DNA of 64,000 bases from contig CAVSDR010000002.1 in NCBI GenBank assembly GCA_963726745.1, forward strand, positions 192,001 to 256,000. The letters are read 5' to 3'. This DNA is from an uncultured Verrucomicrobiae bacterium. Lineage in GTDB: Bacteria > Verrucomicrobiota > Verrucomicrobiia > Chthoniobacterales > UBA10450. Shown in pieces: positions 45,824-55,376 of the stretch; position 1 is the first letter of the stretch; each line of letters starts with the position of its first letter. The notes below the pieces were generated by a model. The model was not told where the DNA came from. It did not search any database and was given only the letters and a program-made list of their open reading frames with translations. The position numbers and the translations under genes are program-made.

Positions 45824-47323
45824 ATGATGATCCCTAAGACCCTCCTCCTCGCCTTGGCTGCGCTGGTTTCCTCGAACCTCGGCGCGGCGCAAAACAATTC
45901 CCTCACCCAAGCTTACGGCCCGCGTTATTCGCCCGGGCACGACAATCGCCCCGACCGTCCGCGGAAGGGCACCGAGATCGTCCACCGCTGGAACACGATC
46001 GCGATCAATGCCACTGGGCTGGACCACACGCCGCCGCGCCCGGGAGAAGATCGCGCTTATTACGAGCAACTCGGCCCGGGCCGCGCCAGCCGCGCGATGG
46101 CGATGGCGCACATCGCGCTCTTCGATGCCTACAACGCGACCAGCGGCGGAAAGTATCGCGGCTACACTTCCGTCGCGCCGGCGCGCGGGAACGTCTCGCA
46201 GGAAGCGGCCGTGGCGCAGGCGGTGCATGATACCCTGGTGGTGCTTTTCCCGGCGCAACGGAATCTCCTCGATGCCTCCCTGGAAGAGGATCTCTCCGAG
46301 GTGAAGAACGCGAACGCGCGCGCCGCGGGCGTGGAACTCGGCCGCCGGATCGCGGCGGAGCTCGTGGCCTTGCGGCAGGACGATGGCTCGGAGAAACCGG
46401 AGGTCTTCCATGGCGCTGGCTATTCCACGAGCGACCAGCCCGGCCATTGGCGCCAGGACCCGGTGAGCCACGAGCCGCTCGTGCTCGGGGCGCATTGGGG
46501 CGCGTGCAAGACCTTCGTGGTCGAGTCCTCGGCGCAGTTCCTCGCGCCGCCGCCACCGCCGATGAACTCGCCGGAATACACCGCCGCCTTCAACGAAACC
46601 AAACGCCTCGGCGGCGATGGCGTGCAAACGCCGACCGAACGAACCGAGGAGCAAAGTTTCATCGGCACCTTCTGGGCCTACGACGCCACTCCCAGTCTCT
46701 GTGCGCCGCCGCGCCTTTATAATCAGTTGCTCGTGCAAGTAGCCGACAACACCAAGGTCAAGGGAATCGACCTCGCGCGCCTGCTGGCCATCGCCAACGT
46801 GGCCATGGCCGATACCGCGATGACCGCGTGGGAATCGAAGTTTCACTACGACCTTTGGCGACCGGTGACCGGCATTCGCGAAAGCGATCTCGGCACCGGC
46901 CCCACGGGCCGGGGCGACGGCAATCCGCACACGGCCGGCGATCCCGGCTGGATGCCGCTGGGCGCGCCCGCGAGCAACTTAAACGGCCCGAATTTTACCC
47001 CGCCATTCCCGACTTATCCGTCGGGTCACGCCAGCTTCGGCGGTGCGCTCTTCCAGGTGCTTCGGCGTTTCTACGGGACCGATCGCATGCCCTTCACTTT
47101 CGTTTCAGACGAATTCAACGGGACCACGCACGATAACCAGGGGAACCTGCGGCCCTATCGGCCGCGCTCCTTCCGCACCTTCAGCGAAGCCGAAGCCGAG
47201 AACGGCCGCAGCCGAATTTATCTCGGGATTCACTGGAGCTTCGACGCCTCCGCTGGCATCGGCCTGGGCCGCCAGGTAGGCGACTACGTTTTCGAGCACG
47301 TGTTCCGCGAGAACAAGCACTGA
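45824..47323 (+). CDS. Secreted vanadium-dependent haloperoxidase, copy 2
   Basis: KFHYDLWRP, PPFPTYPSGH, SRIYLGIHW; clear paralog of the upstream gene. Confidence 0.9.
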   Translation: MMIPKTLLLALAALVSSNLGAAQNNSLTQAYGPRYSPGHDNRPDRPRKGTEIVHRWNTIAINATGLDHTPPRPGEDRAYYEQLGPGRASRAMAMAHIALFDAYNATSGGKYRGYTSVAPARGNVSQEAAVAQAVHDTLVVLFPAQRNLLDASLEEDLSEVKNANARAAGVELGRRIAAELVALRQDDGSEKPEVFHGAGYSTSDQPGHWRQDPVSHEPLVLGAHWGACKTFVVESSAQFLAPPPPPMNSPEYTAAFNETKRLGGDGVQTPTERTEEQSFIGTFWAYDATPSLCAPPRLYNQLLVQVADNTKVKGIDLARLLAIANVAMADTAMTAWESKFHYDLWRPVTGIRESDLGTGPTGRGDGNPHTAGDPGWMPLGAPASNLNGPNFTPPFPTYPSGHASFGGALFQVLRRFYGTDRMPFTFVSDEFNGTTHDNQGNLRPYRPRSFRTFSEAEAENGRSRIYLGIHWSFDASAGIGLGRQVGDYVFEHVFRENKH

Positions 47324-47374
47324 GCCTTGGCCGCGTCTCGCTTGCCCCGCAGCGATTGACCGCGAAGCTCCGCG

Positions 47375-48574
47375 GTGCGCGCGAAAAAGGGGAGCGAGGA
47401 ACAGGCGACACTTTCTGCTGGGCTGGCCACGCTGATCGCCTTCGCCTGCGGGGCGATGGTGGCCAACATCTATTACGCGCAGACTTTAGTCAGCGAGATC
47501 GGGCCGGAGATTGGGCTCTCGAAAGCATTGGCGGGCGCCATCGTCACGCTGACGCAGCTCGGCTACGGGCTGGGCCTGTTCCTGGTCGTGCCGCTGGGCG
47601 ATCTCTTCGAGAATCGGCGTCTGGCTTTGCTCATGACCGGCGGAACGGTCCTGAGCACGCTGGCGATCGCGCTTTCGCAGGGGCCGTGGACTTTCCTCGC
47701 GGCCTCGCTCGTGACCGGCGTCTGCGCGAGCGGGGCGCAGGTGTTGTTGCCACTGGCCTCGCATCTCAGCCCGCCGGAGCGGCAGGGGCGCGTCATCGGC
47801 GGAATCATGAGCGGCTTGCTTGCCGGGATCATGCTCGCGCGGCCGCTGGCCAGTTTCATGGCGGAACTCGCCGGGTGGCGCTCGATCTTTTTCCTCTCGG
47901 CTGCGCTCATGCTCGCGCTCGGCCTCGCCCTCGCGCTCACCCTGCCCACGCGGGTGCCGCCCTCGCGGCGGAGCTATCGCGAGATCCTCGCCTCGATGTT
48001 TGCGCTCACGAAAGAGCATGCGTCGCTGCGCCTCCGGGCGCTTTACCAAGGCGCACTCTTCGCGGCCTTCAATCTCTTCTGGACCGCGGCGCCGCTCGTC
48101 TTGCTCCAGCGCTTTCATTTTACCCACAATCAAGTCGCGCTCTTTGCGCTCGCCGGGGCCGGCGGCGCCTTGGCGGCGCCTCTCGCCGGGGTGCTGGCCG
48201 ATCGCGGGAAGACTCGCCTAACGACCGCGCTCGCGCATGGGCTTCTGGTGGTTTCCTTCCTCGCGGCCGGCGGCGCGGTCGCAGCGGCGAGCGCGATCGC
48301 GTTTGCCGTGACCGCCTTCTTGATCGACGCCGCGGTCCAGCTGAACCAAATCACCGGGCAGAAGATTGTCTTCGATCTCTCGAGCGAGGCGCGCAGCCGG
48401 CTGAACTCAATTTATCTCACGGCCATGTTCGTCATCGGCGCGACCGGTTCGCTCATCGGCTCGGCCGCGTTTGCCGCCGGCGGCTGGATGCTCACCGCAG
48501 GAATCGGGGCCGCCATCGGGACGATCTCGCTGGTTATTTTCCTGCTCTGCGATCGTGGGCGCTCGGGCCAGTGA
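47375..48574 (+). CDS. MFS transporter
   Basis: VANIYYAQ, PLGDLFENRRL, about 12 TM segments. Confidence 0.92.
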   Translation: MRAKKGSEEQATLSAGLATLIAFACGAMVANIYYAQTLVSEIGPEIGLSKALAGAIVTLTQLGYGLGLFLVVPLGDLFENRRLALLMTGGTVLSTLAIALSQGPWTFLAASLVTGVCASGAQVLLPLASHLSPPERQGRVIGGIMSGLLAGIMLARPLASFMAELAGWRSIFFLSAALMLALGLALALTLPTRVPPSRRSYREILASMFALTKEHASLRLRALYQGALFAAFNLFWTAAPLVLLQRFHFTHNQVALFALAGAGGALAAPLAGVLADRGKTRLTTALAHGLLVVSFLAAGGAVAAASAIAFAVTAFLIDAAVQLNQITGQKIVFDLSSEARSRLNSIYLTAMFVIGATGSLIGSAAFAAGGWMLTAGIGAAIGTISLVIFLLCDRGRSGQ

Positions 48575-48617
48575 AAGCCGTTCCGCCGCGGTCCGTTCTC
48601 TGCTAAAGTCCCACGCG

Positions 48618-49655
48618 ATGGCCCGGGTGGTTCTCCTTTCCGCAACCCCAGACGACGACGGGACTGATTACAATCTCGCGCCGCTGCGCGCGCTCCAGAA
48701 AAGCGCCACGGTGGATCGCTTCCGCAAGCACACTTTGATCGAGGATGCCTCGGCGGCCGACGTCATTCTCTTCGCGGAGTATTACGGCGGCGGCTTCCAC
48801 TTCGAACGGCTGCGGCGGCATCCGCTGGTGCGGGCATACCGGGAGCGGTGCTTCCTGTTTTCTTCCAATGCCTATGCGGTGCCTTTCCTCCCCGGGATTT
48901 ACGCCTCGGTCGAGCAGCGCTGGTCCTCGCGTCGCACCTGCGGCGGCTTCTACCTCGGCCTGCCGCCTAACGAGTTCACCACCTACACGCCGCCGGACGA
49001 CGACCTGCCTTACCTCTTCAGCTTCATGGGCTCGACCGCGAACGCCCCGGTGCGCCGCGCGCTCGCGCAGCTCCGGCATCCGCGCGCTTTCTTCCAGGAT
49101 ACCGCGGAGGAATTTAGCCGGCTGCTTGAGCGCCAGATGTCGCCGCGCGAGCGGCGCGATTACCACCGCCGCTACGCGGAACTCACCAAGGCGAGCAAGT
49201 TTGTCCTTTGCCCGCGCGGACTCGGGGCGGGGACGATCCGGCTTTTCGAAACCCTGCGCATGGGGCGCGTGCCGGTGATTCTCTCCGATCAATGGGTGCC
49301 GCCGGACGGCCCGGCCTGGGACGAATTTAGCCTGCGCGTGCCCGAGCGGGAGCTGGCGCGGCTCCCACGCCTGCTCGAGGAACGCGAGCCGGAGGCGGTC
49401 GCGATGGGAGAGCGCGCGCGGCGCGTGTGGGAAGATTGGTTTTCCGAGGAAGTGGCCTTTCACCGCGTGGTCGAAAGCTGCCTGGCGCTGCGGGAACGCC
49501 GGCGCCTGCCCGAAGCGCTCGCGCGCTGGACGGCCTACGCGCACTATGCGCGGCCGTTCCATTTCCGTCGGCTGCTCCGGCGGAAATACGAGGCGCTGCG
49601 CGGCCGCCTGAGCACGCAGCCGGCGCCGCGTGCCTCTGTTTTCGAAAGCGCCTAA
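48618..49655 (+). CDS. Exostosin-family (GT47) glycosyltransferase
   Basis: LFSFMGS, SKFVLCPRG.G..T.RLFE..G.VPVILSD. Confidence 0.85.
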   Translation: MARVVLLSATPDDDGTDYNLAPLRALQKSATVDRFRKHTLIEDASAADVILFAEYYGGGFHFERLRRHPLVRAYRERCFLFSSNAYAVPFLPGIYASVEQRWSSRRTCGGFYLGLPPNEFTTYTPPDDDLPYLFSFMGSTANAPVRRALAQLRHPRAFFQDTAEEFSRLLERQMSPRERRDYHRRYAELTKASKFVLCPRGLGAGTIRLFETLRMGRVPVILSDQWVPPDGPAWDEFSLRVPERELARLPRLLEEREPEAVAMGERARRVWEDWFSEEVAFHRVVESCLALRERRRLPEALARWTAYAHYARPFHFRRLLRRKYEALRGRLSTQPAPRASVFESA

Positions 49656-50044
49656 CGACTGCTTTCGCGCGGCCCGAGGAGCTCTGCGACCGCGCGCTCG
49701 ATCTCGGCAATGGCCACCGGCTTGCGCAGGTAGGCTTCGCCGCAAAGCGCGACTGCGCGGGCATGTTCCGCTTCGTCGCCGTAGGCAGAATAGTAGAGCA
49801 CCGGCACCTCCGGGCGGAGCTCGCGAAGTTGCTGGCAAAGTTCCACCCCGGTGCCATCCGGGAGACGGATGTCGAGCAGGTAAAGATCGAATGGAATCTC
49901 TTTCGCCAAGGCCAATCCCTCTGCTACCGAACCGGCCGTCAGAACTCCGTAGCCGGCATCCTGCAGGAGCGCGGCCATGATCAAGCGCGTGTCCTGGTGA
50001 TCGTCCACGTGGAGAATGCGCGCCTTGGTTTCCGCGGGTTTCAT
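49652..50044 (-). CDS. Single-domain response regulator (CheY-like)
   Basis: ILHVDD, LLDIRLPDGTG, SAY, LRKP. Confidence 0.92.
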   Translation of the reverse strand: MKPAETKARILHVDDHQDTRLIMAALLQDAGYGVLTAGSVAEGLALAKEIPFDLYLLDIRLPDGTGVELCQQLRELRPEVPVLYYSAYGDEAEHARAVALCGEAYLRKPVAIAEIERAVAELLGPRESSR

Positions 50045-50080
50045 CGTTCGTTAGGCGTCGTTTTGGCGGGTGGTGGCGAG

Positions 50081-50542
50081 CTAGTCCCGGCGCATGGTGA
50101 CCACGCCGTCACCGACCTCGGCCACCTTGAAACCAAACCGCTCGTAAAGCCGGATCGCCGGATTGCCCGGGCCCACGTGCAGGCGCACGGCGGATTGCTC
50201 GGGATGGCTCCGGACCAGATGCGTAAGCAGCGCGGTGCCGAGGCCACGCTTGCGCGATCCGGGCTTCACCGAGAGCGCCAATTCCGGGAGGCCGCCGCTT
50301 GCTTCGCCCGCCATTTGCCGCACCCAGACCGCGCCTAGCAACTCGCCCGTGCCGTCGTCGTGCGCCACAAACCCGAGGTCGCCCGCGCGGCCCCAGCTTT
50401 CGAAATAGCGGGCATATTGCGGCTCTTGCACGATCTCGCGCGGTGGCCGTGGCTGACCTGCGAGCCCGCTCAAGCCTTCGTAGACCATCTCGGAAAGAAG
50501 GCCGACGTCGACGGCGGTGAGGGAGCGAATCGTGTAGGTCAT
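50081..50542 (-). CDS. GNAT family N-acetyltransferase
   Basis: RKRGLGTALL, NPAIRLYERFGF; start ATG 50542. Confidence 0.9.
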   Translation of the reverse strand: MTYTIRSLTAVDVGLLSEMVYEGLSGLAGQPRPPREIVQEPQYARYFESWGRAGDLGFVAHDDGTGELLGAVWVRQMAGEASGGLPELALSVKPGSRKRGLGTALLTHLVRSHPEQSAVRLHVGPGNPAIRLYERFGFKVAEVGDGVVTMRRD

Positions 50543-51687
50543 CGGGAAGACGCGACGGAACTTGTTAAGCGAAGGAAGCTCCCCACGCGAGAGCCTTTTC
50601 GCGGCGCGCCTGGCGCGGCCGGCCACGGGCCCGGTCTTGCGCTCGTTAGGCAGCGGGCTTGGCGCCGGCGATGGCGCAGCCATTGGCCCAGGCTCACGAG
50701 GCCCAGGAAGCCGCCGCAAAGCGCCGCCGAAGGGGCCGGCTCCGGCACGACTGCAAAGGCGAGACCGTTCAAGCCCGCGAGGTCGATGCCGCCGCCGCCG
50801 GTGTTCCCGTCGGTGGTCGTCGGGTAGAAGGTGGCATTCGTCCAGTCGAGGAGCTGCGTGGAGTTGGTTGCGGTCACGTCGGCGGCCATGAGCGAATAGC
50901 CGTAGATCCGCGTCCCGTTGGTCAAGCCAAGGTCGGCGGGGGTGATCACGATCCCGCCGATTCCCTGTATCTGCGTCGTGCTGCTGTCGGTGTTGGCGGT
51001 GAGGTTGTCGCCATTGCTGTAGCGGAAGAGGCGAAAAGTAAAATCCGCGATGGGATTGCTCGCTCCACCCCAACCCGCGGCGACCTTCAGAAGGGTGCCG
51101 TAAGCGGTCGGATTACCCGAGGCATCGATGGCCGTCACAGCGGCAATGGCGAAGGAATCGTGCACTCCGACTGCGCCGCGATCGAAGACGGCAAAGGCGA
51201 GGGCATTGCTCACCGTCAGCCCGCTGTTCCAGGTAAAATCGAGCCGCTCGATGTTACCCGTGGGCGCGGTCGTGCCATTCGCAAAGGTGTTATCCGAGCC
51301 GACGTTGATATCGTTGCTCGCGAGCAAGGCGCCATAGGCGGTGGCGTGCGGCGCGCTGAGATTCGTCCCGGTGCCGCTGCCGGTATACCAGACGGAGGAC
51401 TGGTTGCTGTTGACCGCGTTGCGCCGGATGAAAACATTGTTGGCCGCGCCCGTGATGCCATAAGTCGAAGCACCGGCCACCAGGCCGGTCACGCTCTGTT
51501 TTTTGCCTTCAAACGTGTAGCCCTCCGTGGTCGACGCGGTGTTGGTGACCACGGTGGTGGTCATGCTGGTGACATCAAACGTGGCTCGCAGCGTCGTCGC
51601 CGTGGCAAACAAACAGAGACCAATGAAAAGCAAACCTTTGGCAAACACTCCGTCCCTGAAAGCAGTCAGCGTGCCTCCAACTTCCAA
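50539..51687 (-). CDS. PEP-CTERM sorting domain protein (true stop may be near 50646)
   Basis: Signal peptide ..TLRA; Thr/Ser/Asn-rich body; VPEPAPSAALCGGFLGLVSLGQWLRHRRR. Confidence 0.8.
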   Translation of the reverse strand: MEVGGTLTAFRDGVFAKGLLFIGLCLFATATTLRATFDVTSMTTTVVTNTASTTEGYTFEGKKQSVTGLVAGASTYGITGAANNVFIRRNAVNSNQSSVWYTGSGTGTNLSAPHATAYGALLASNDINVGSDNTFANGTTAPTGNIERLDFTWNSGLTVSNALAFAVFDRGAVGVHDSFAIAAVTAIDASGNPTAYGTLLKVAAGWGGASNPIADFTFRLFRYSNGDNLTANTDSSTTQIQGIGGIVITPADLGLTNGTRIYGYSLMAADVTATNSTQLLDWTNATFYPTTTDGNTGGGGIDLAGLNGLAFAVVPEPAPSAALCGGFLGLVSLGQWLRHRRRQARCLTSARPGPWPAAPGAPRKGSRVGSFLRLTSSVASSR

Positions 51688-51750
51688 GCTTTGTCAGCTC
51701 GAGAGAGAAAAGGCGCATCCAGCAGCGTTCGTTCGGTCGTTTTTCGGGTT

Positions 51751-52245
51751 ATGGGAACAAATCGACGGGAGGAAGTGATCGAATGGTTAAACGATGCCTA
51801 CGCCATGGAGCGCGGGCTGGAAGTGACCTTGAAGAAGCAGGCGGAGAACCAGGACGTGCACCGTGCCGTAAGGGAACGCGCCCGAATTCATCTCGACGAA
51901 ACAATGGCGCACGCTGAGCGCTTGGAGCAGTGCTTGAAGCTGCTCGGGACCACACCGTCGACAGTGAAAAGCGCCACCGGCCAAATGCTCGAAATCGGCA
52001 AAGGCTTGCTGACCAAGTTTGCGCGCGACGAGCGCGTGAAAGACTTCCTCGCCGCCTATGGTGCGGAATATTTTGAAGTGGCTTGCTACAAATCGCTCAT
52101 TGCCGGCGCCCGCGCGGCCGGGGAAGAAGCGATCATTCCGCTGCTGGAGCAAAATTTGAAGCAAGACCAGGCCATGGCGGAGTGGCTCGACATGAACATC
52201 GACGCGGTCACGCGGGATTATTTGAATAACGCCGTCGCAGCTTGA
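51751..52245 (+). CDS. Ferritin-like DUF892 (YciE/YciF) protein
   Basis: WLNDAYAME, HLDET..H.ERL, EYFEVACYKSL. Confidence 0.9.
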   Translation: MGTNRREEVIEWLNDAYAMERGLEVTLKKQAENQDVHRAVRERARIHLDETMAHAERLEQCLKLLGTTPSTVKSATGQMLEIGKGLLTKFARDERVKDFLAAYGAEYFEVACYKSLIAGARAAGEEAIIPLLEQNLKQDQAMAEWLDMNIDAVTRDYLNNAVAA

Positions 52246-52313
52246 ACCGGCGATGATCCGGCAAGGTTTGAGAGCTGAAGTAGCTAGCTAAAAATTACTC
52301 CCGCCCAGCCGAC

Positions 52314-52592
52314 CTAACGAGTCTTGGGCGGCTCGGGCGGGAGCACCTGACCATAGGACGAGCCAGGTTTCATTTCGACTGCGAATTGCGCCGACGGAAT
52401 CGGTGCGCCCGGACCGTAGATATAACGCACCACCCCGGTTTCGCGGTCGAGCGTCACAACCGCGTGCTCATTAGGAAGCACGGTCATTTCATAGCGCCCG
52501 TTGCTGCCGCCGAGGCCTTGCACGAAGTGGTAGGTAGATGAAGCACCCGCCGCCACTCCCAGCAGCGAGGTCAGCAGGAGAGTCTTGATCAT
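52314..52592 (-). CDS. Small exported hypothetical protein
   Basis: Signal-like MIKTLLLTSLLGVAAGA; LDRETG motif. Confidence 0.55.
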   Translation of the reverse strand: MIKTLLLTSLLGVAAGASSTYHFVQGLGGSNGRYEMTVLPNEHAVVTLDRETGVVRYIYGPGAPIPSAQFAVEMKPGSSYGQVLPPEPPKTR

Positions 52593-52679
52593 GCACGGGA
52601 TGATGCCGGAAGTGCGCCCAGCGAAGCAAGCGCGGCCTTGCCCGCTGCAGACAAAAGCCGCGGCTGTAGGGACACCAGC

Positions 52680-53100
52680 GACCAAAGCGTCGTCGTGTGA
52701 ACGTTAACCCCGCGCGGCTCAGGCTTAGAAAAGCCAGGGTCGAGCCCTCTCCGGCGCCGCGGCCACCCGGCCGACGATTGTGAGTTTGCGCGCCTGTCGG
52801 GCTCGTCGCCGTGGCCGCGCAGCTGTCATCAACGCGCTCCCGGTGTTCAGGCGGACACCGTAGGAATACGTATCATCGGTAGTCCCGATCAGCTCGTGGG
52901 CTTGCTGAAGCTATCTATCGGAGTTGAGCTAATATTTTTGACCGCTCGAATCGGTAAAGCAATCAATCGGCAACGTTTCTCCCACATCCAGACCGGTGAA
53001 GGTAAACGAGATGGTGACGGAGATGTAGGGCGGCGCGGGGATTTGTCCGGTGAAGTCGAGATCGATCATCAGGTCGCTCGCGGACGTTGAGCCCACCGGC
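52680..53100 (-). pseudogene. Degraded PEP-CTERM-type surface protein gene
   Basis: Minus strand reads ..DLDFTGQIPAPPYISVTISFTFTGLDVGETL.. with internal stops, then a broken APE.GSTLAFLSLS..GLTFTRRRF tail. Confidence 0.55.
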
Positions 53101-53179
53101 ACGGTGTACTACGCGCGCGCTGGAGACGCTAGCCAGCCTGTTGTCAGACTGGGCTCGTCGAGCACAGGGCTTCCCCGGG

Positions 53180-53210
53180 AAAAAAAGAGCGGGACCATTT
53201 CTGGTCCCGC
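53180..53210 (-). terminator. Intrinsic terminator
   Basis: GCGGGACCA-GAAA-TGGTCCCGC stem followed by TCTTTTTTT on the minus strand. Confidence 0.85.
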
Positions 53211-53269
53211 AGAAAGCTAACGGAGGTGAACGTTAAGTTTAGTTTGTTTTAAGTGGCCACCGAGCTTCG
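53180..53269 (-). ncRNA. Candidate sigma54-dependent small RNA (~90 nt)
   Basis: Lies between a -24/-12 promoter and an intrinsic terminator; A-rich body with CACCTCC; no ORF. Confidence 0.5.
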
Positions 53270-53279
53270 ATTATGATTC

Positions 53280-53295
53280 AGCAGTCACTGTGCCA
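53280..53295 (-). promoter_or_regulatory. Sigma54 (-24/-12) promoter-like site
   Basis: TGGCACAGTGACTGCT = TGGCAC-N5-YTGCW, GG-N10-GC spacing. Confidence 0.6.
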
Positions 53296-53308
53296 GCCGG
53301 GCGCGGAT

Positions 53309-53992
53309 TTAATCCGGATACTCGTCGGAGCCCTGCACCCAGAGGAAAGACTGGAGGTCGATCAGGTCGCGCGGACGCAGATCATGCAAGTCGCGCCGCA
53401 CCGTTCCGGCGAACGCCAGCAGCGCGGAGTAGGTCTCCCAATTCGGCTTCGAGCGATACGGCAGATCCAAGCCGTAAGCGGCCGCGGCGCGGCGCGTGAC
53501 CATCGGCTTAAGAAAGATGTGCTCGTTAGGTTGCGCGATGAAACCCCAGACGGTCACCAGCGGCCAGGTAAGGACGCGAGTTTGCCGGCGGGGCAGGGCG
53601 GCTACGACGGCGCACCAGCGCTCGAAGCGCTCCCGCATTTCGCCGCCCCCGTGGAGGAAATCATAGAGCCCCTCGGCAAACGCCTTGGCCCCCGCCGCGG
53701 GCTTGACCGCATCGCGCAGGGCCATCTTCTCGAAGGAGAAAATCATGCTGTGCCGCGATTGCTGTTCCACCCGCACGGCTTTCGCCGCGATCTCGGAAAA
53801 TTGGCGCGCGCGCAGGAGTCGGCGGAATTCCTCCTGGTTGAGCACCGCTTCCCAGCGCTCGTGCGTCTCCCACTTGTAGTCGCGTTCCCATTCCAGATAG
53901 GTCGGGTCGCGGAAGCCGCCCGGGAAATACCGGAGAAACTTCTTCCGCGCCCGGCCTGCCCCGGGGCTGGTCCCTGCCTCCCTCCGTCCCAT
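53309..53992 (-). CDS. Hypothetical protein
   Basis: Globular-looking ORF: FLRYFPGGFRDPTYLEWERDYK, LKP.VT, PRDLIDLQSFLWV. Confidence 0.75.
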   Translation of the reverse strand: MGRREAGTSPGAGRARKKFLRYFPGGFRDPTYLEWERDYKWETHERWEAVLNQEEFRRLLRARQFSEIAAKAVRVEQQSRHSMIFSFEKMALRDAVKPAAGAKAFAEGLYDFLHGGGEMRERFERWCAVVAALPRRQTRVLTWPLVTVWGFIAQPNEHIFLKPMVTRRAAAAYGLDLPYRSKPNWETYSALLAFAGTVRRDLHDLRPRDLIDLQSFLWVQGSDEYPD

Positions 53993-54075
53993 GCCTTCTA
54001 TTCGCGCATGGACTGGCAGCCTGATGCCTCTTTTCCGAGGACGGGACCAGGACGGGTAGTCGTTAGCCGACCGGC

Positions 54076-54441
54076 TCAGTCCTGCGAAAGGACAAAGCGA
54101 TTCCCCTCGCTGTCCCGGAACATCGCATATGAGCCCCACGGTTCCTTCTTCGGCGGCCCGTCAAATTCGACTCCACGCCCTTGCAATTCGGCGTAGGTCC
54201 GGTCGAGATCGTCGCACGCATAGGAGAGGTTCATCATCGACCCGATCCGCTGCTCCTCGCCCTCGGCTGTGAAAAGCACCACCCGCGTCTCCGCCTTCGG
54301 CACCCGCAGCTCGATCCAGCGCTGCTTCTCGTCGAACGGTTGGTCGGTGATAATGGTGAACCCGAGCTTCTCCGTGTAAAAATCCAGTGCCCGATTCTGG
54401 TCGGCTACCGGGATGCTGATGAACTTGATTTGTTTGATCAT
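54076..54441 (-). CDS. VOC/glyoxalase family protein
   Basis: V.DQ.RALDFYTEKLGF, EPWG..A.FRDSEGN. Confidence 0.92.
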   Translation of the reverse strand: MIKQIKFISIPVADQNRALDFYTEKLGFTIITDQPFDEKQRWIELRVPKAETRVVLFTAEGEEQRIGSMMNLSYACDDLDRTYAELQGRGVEFDGPPKKEPWGSYAMFRDSEGNRFVLSQD

Positions 54442-54507
54442 GGCAACCCAAGCGTAAGAGCCGCCTCGGACCCGCGTCCAGTGGCACCCGCTTAGCGTGC
54501 GCAGAAA

Positions 54508-55360
54508 GTGCTGTCCGTTTATCGGTATAGCATGCGAGGTCTGCGGGCACGCAACCGAGGTGCTGATGAACTAAATTTGATCAATTTGGCTGACCCTTGG
54601 GTCAGCGCTGTCTTTAGCGCATCACCTCGTGGGCAACCGCCCAAAGCGCGCAACGAAGGGGTCGCTTTATCGGGATGGCATACAAGGTCAACGATGCGGC
54701 CACGGGGCTTCTAGTGAATTGAGATTTTTCTTTGCGGATCGCGATCGACCGAAGAGTGCCTACACAGGGCCGGTGTTATGCGAGCGTCACATGTCCGAGC
54801 TAGGAGGGTAACGAGCCGCGGCGGCGGCCCAGAAGAACAGAGAGTTCGTCGGTCCTCGGATTAGACTGCTTCCTTTTCGCGGCCACTACGCGCTCTGAAA
54901 GCAATGTGCTTTGATCATGTCAATCTGCAGCAGCCTCCGCGAACTCGCGCTGCGGCACCCGCCTACGCGCGCACAAACTTCGCGAGAGTCGCCGATCGCC
55001 GTCGCCATCTATATCCTTCTTCGGGACGGGTTTTGAGCCGCCGGTCATGGCCACTCAGTCGCCAACAAAATTGATCCTTTGATCCGTAAGCCGTCGTTTA
55101 GCGGCTCCCGGAGAAGCTATCCTTTTAGCGGGATAGAGGTGAAGCCTCTGCTACAGCGACATCGAGGAGCTGCTGATCGAGCAAGGTACGAGCGGCTAGC
55201 ACCTCGGGTGCTGACGAACGAGATTCATCCGATCAGCGCAATCCGTGAGTCAGCTCATTGAAAAAGATCGAGGTATCCTCCGCCCTCGCACCTGCTGTCC
55301 GCGGCCAATCCTCACCTTGGGCGCGCACAAATGTGCTGTCCTTTTATCGGTATAGCATGC
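54508..55360. repeat. 28-bp direct repeat pair flanking ~800 bp of apparently non-coding DNA
   Basis: GTGCTGTCC[G/T]TTTATCGGTATAGCATGC at 54508-54535 and 55333-55360. Confidence 0.8.
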
Positions 55361-55376
55361 TAGGCCTTCGGTTGGT

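Noticed and set aside
44217..47323. Haloperoxidase pair as an assembly duplication
   Set aside because: The copies differ extensively, including in their signal peptides, so they are true paralogs.
54482..54496. Second sigma54-like site TGGCACCCGCTTAGC
   Set aside because: Poor -12 element and no clear downstream transcript unit.
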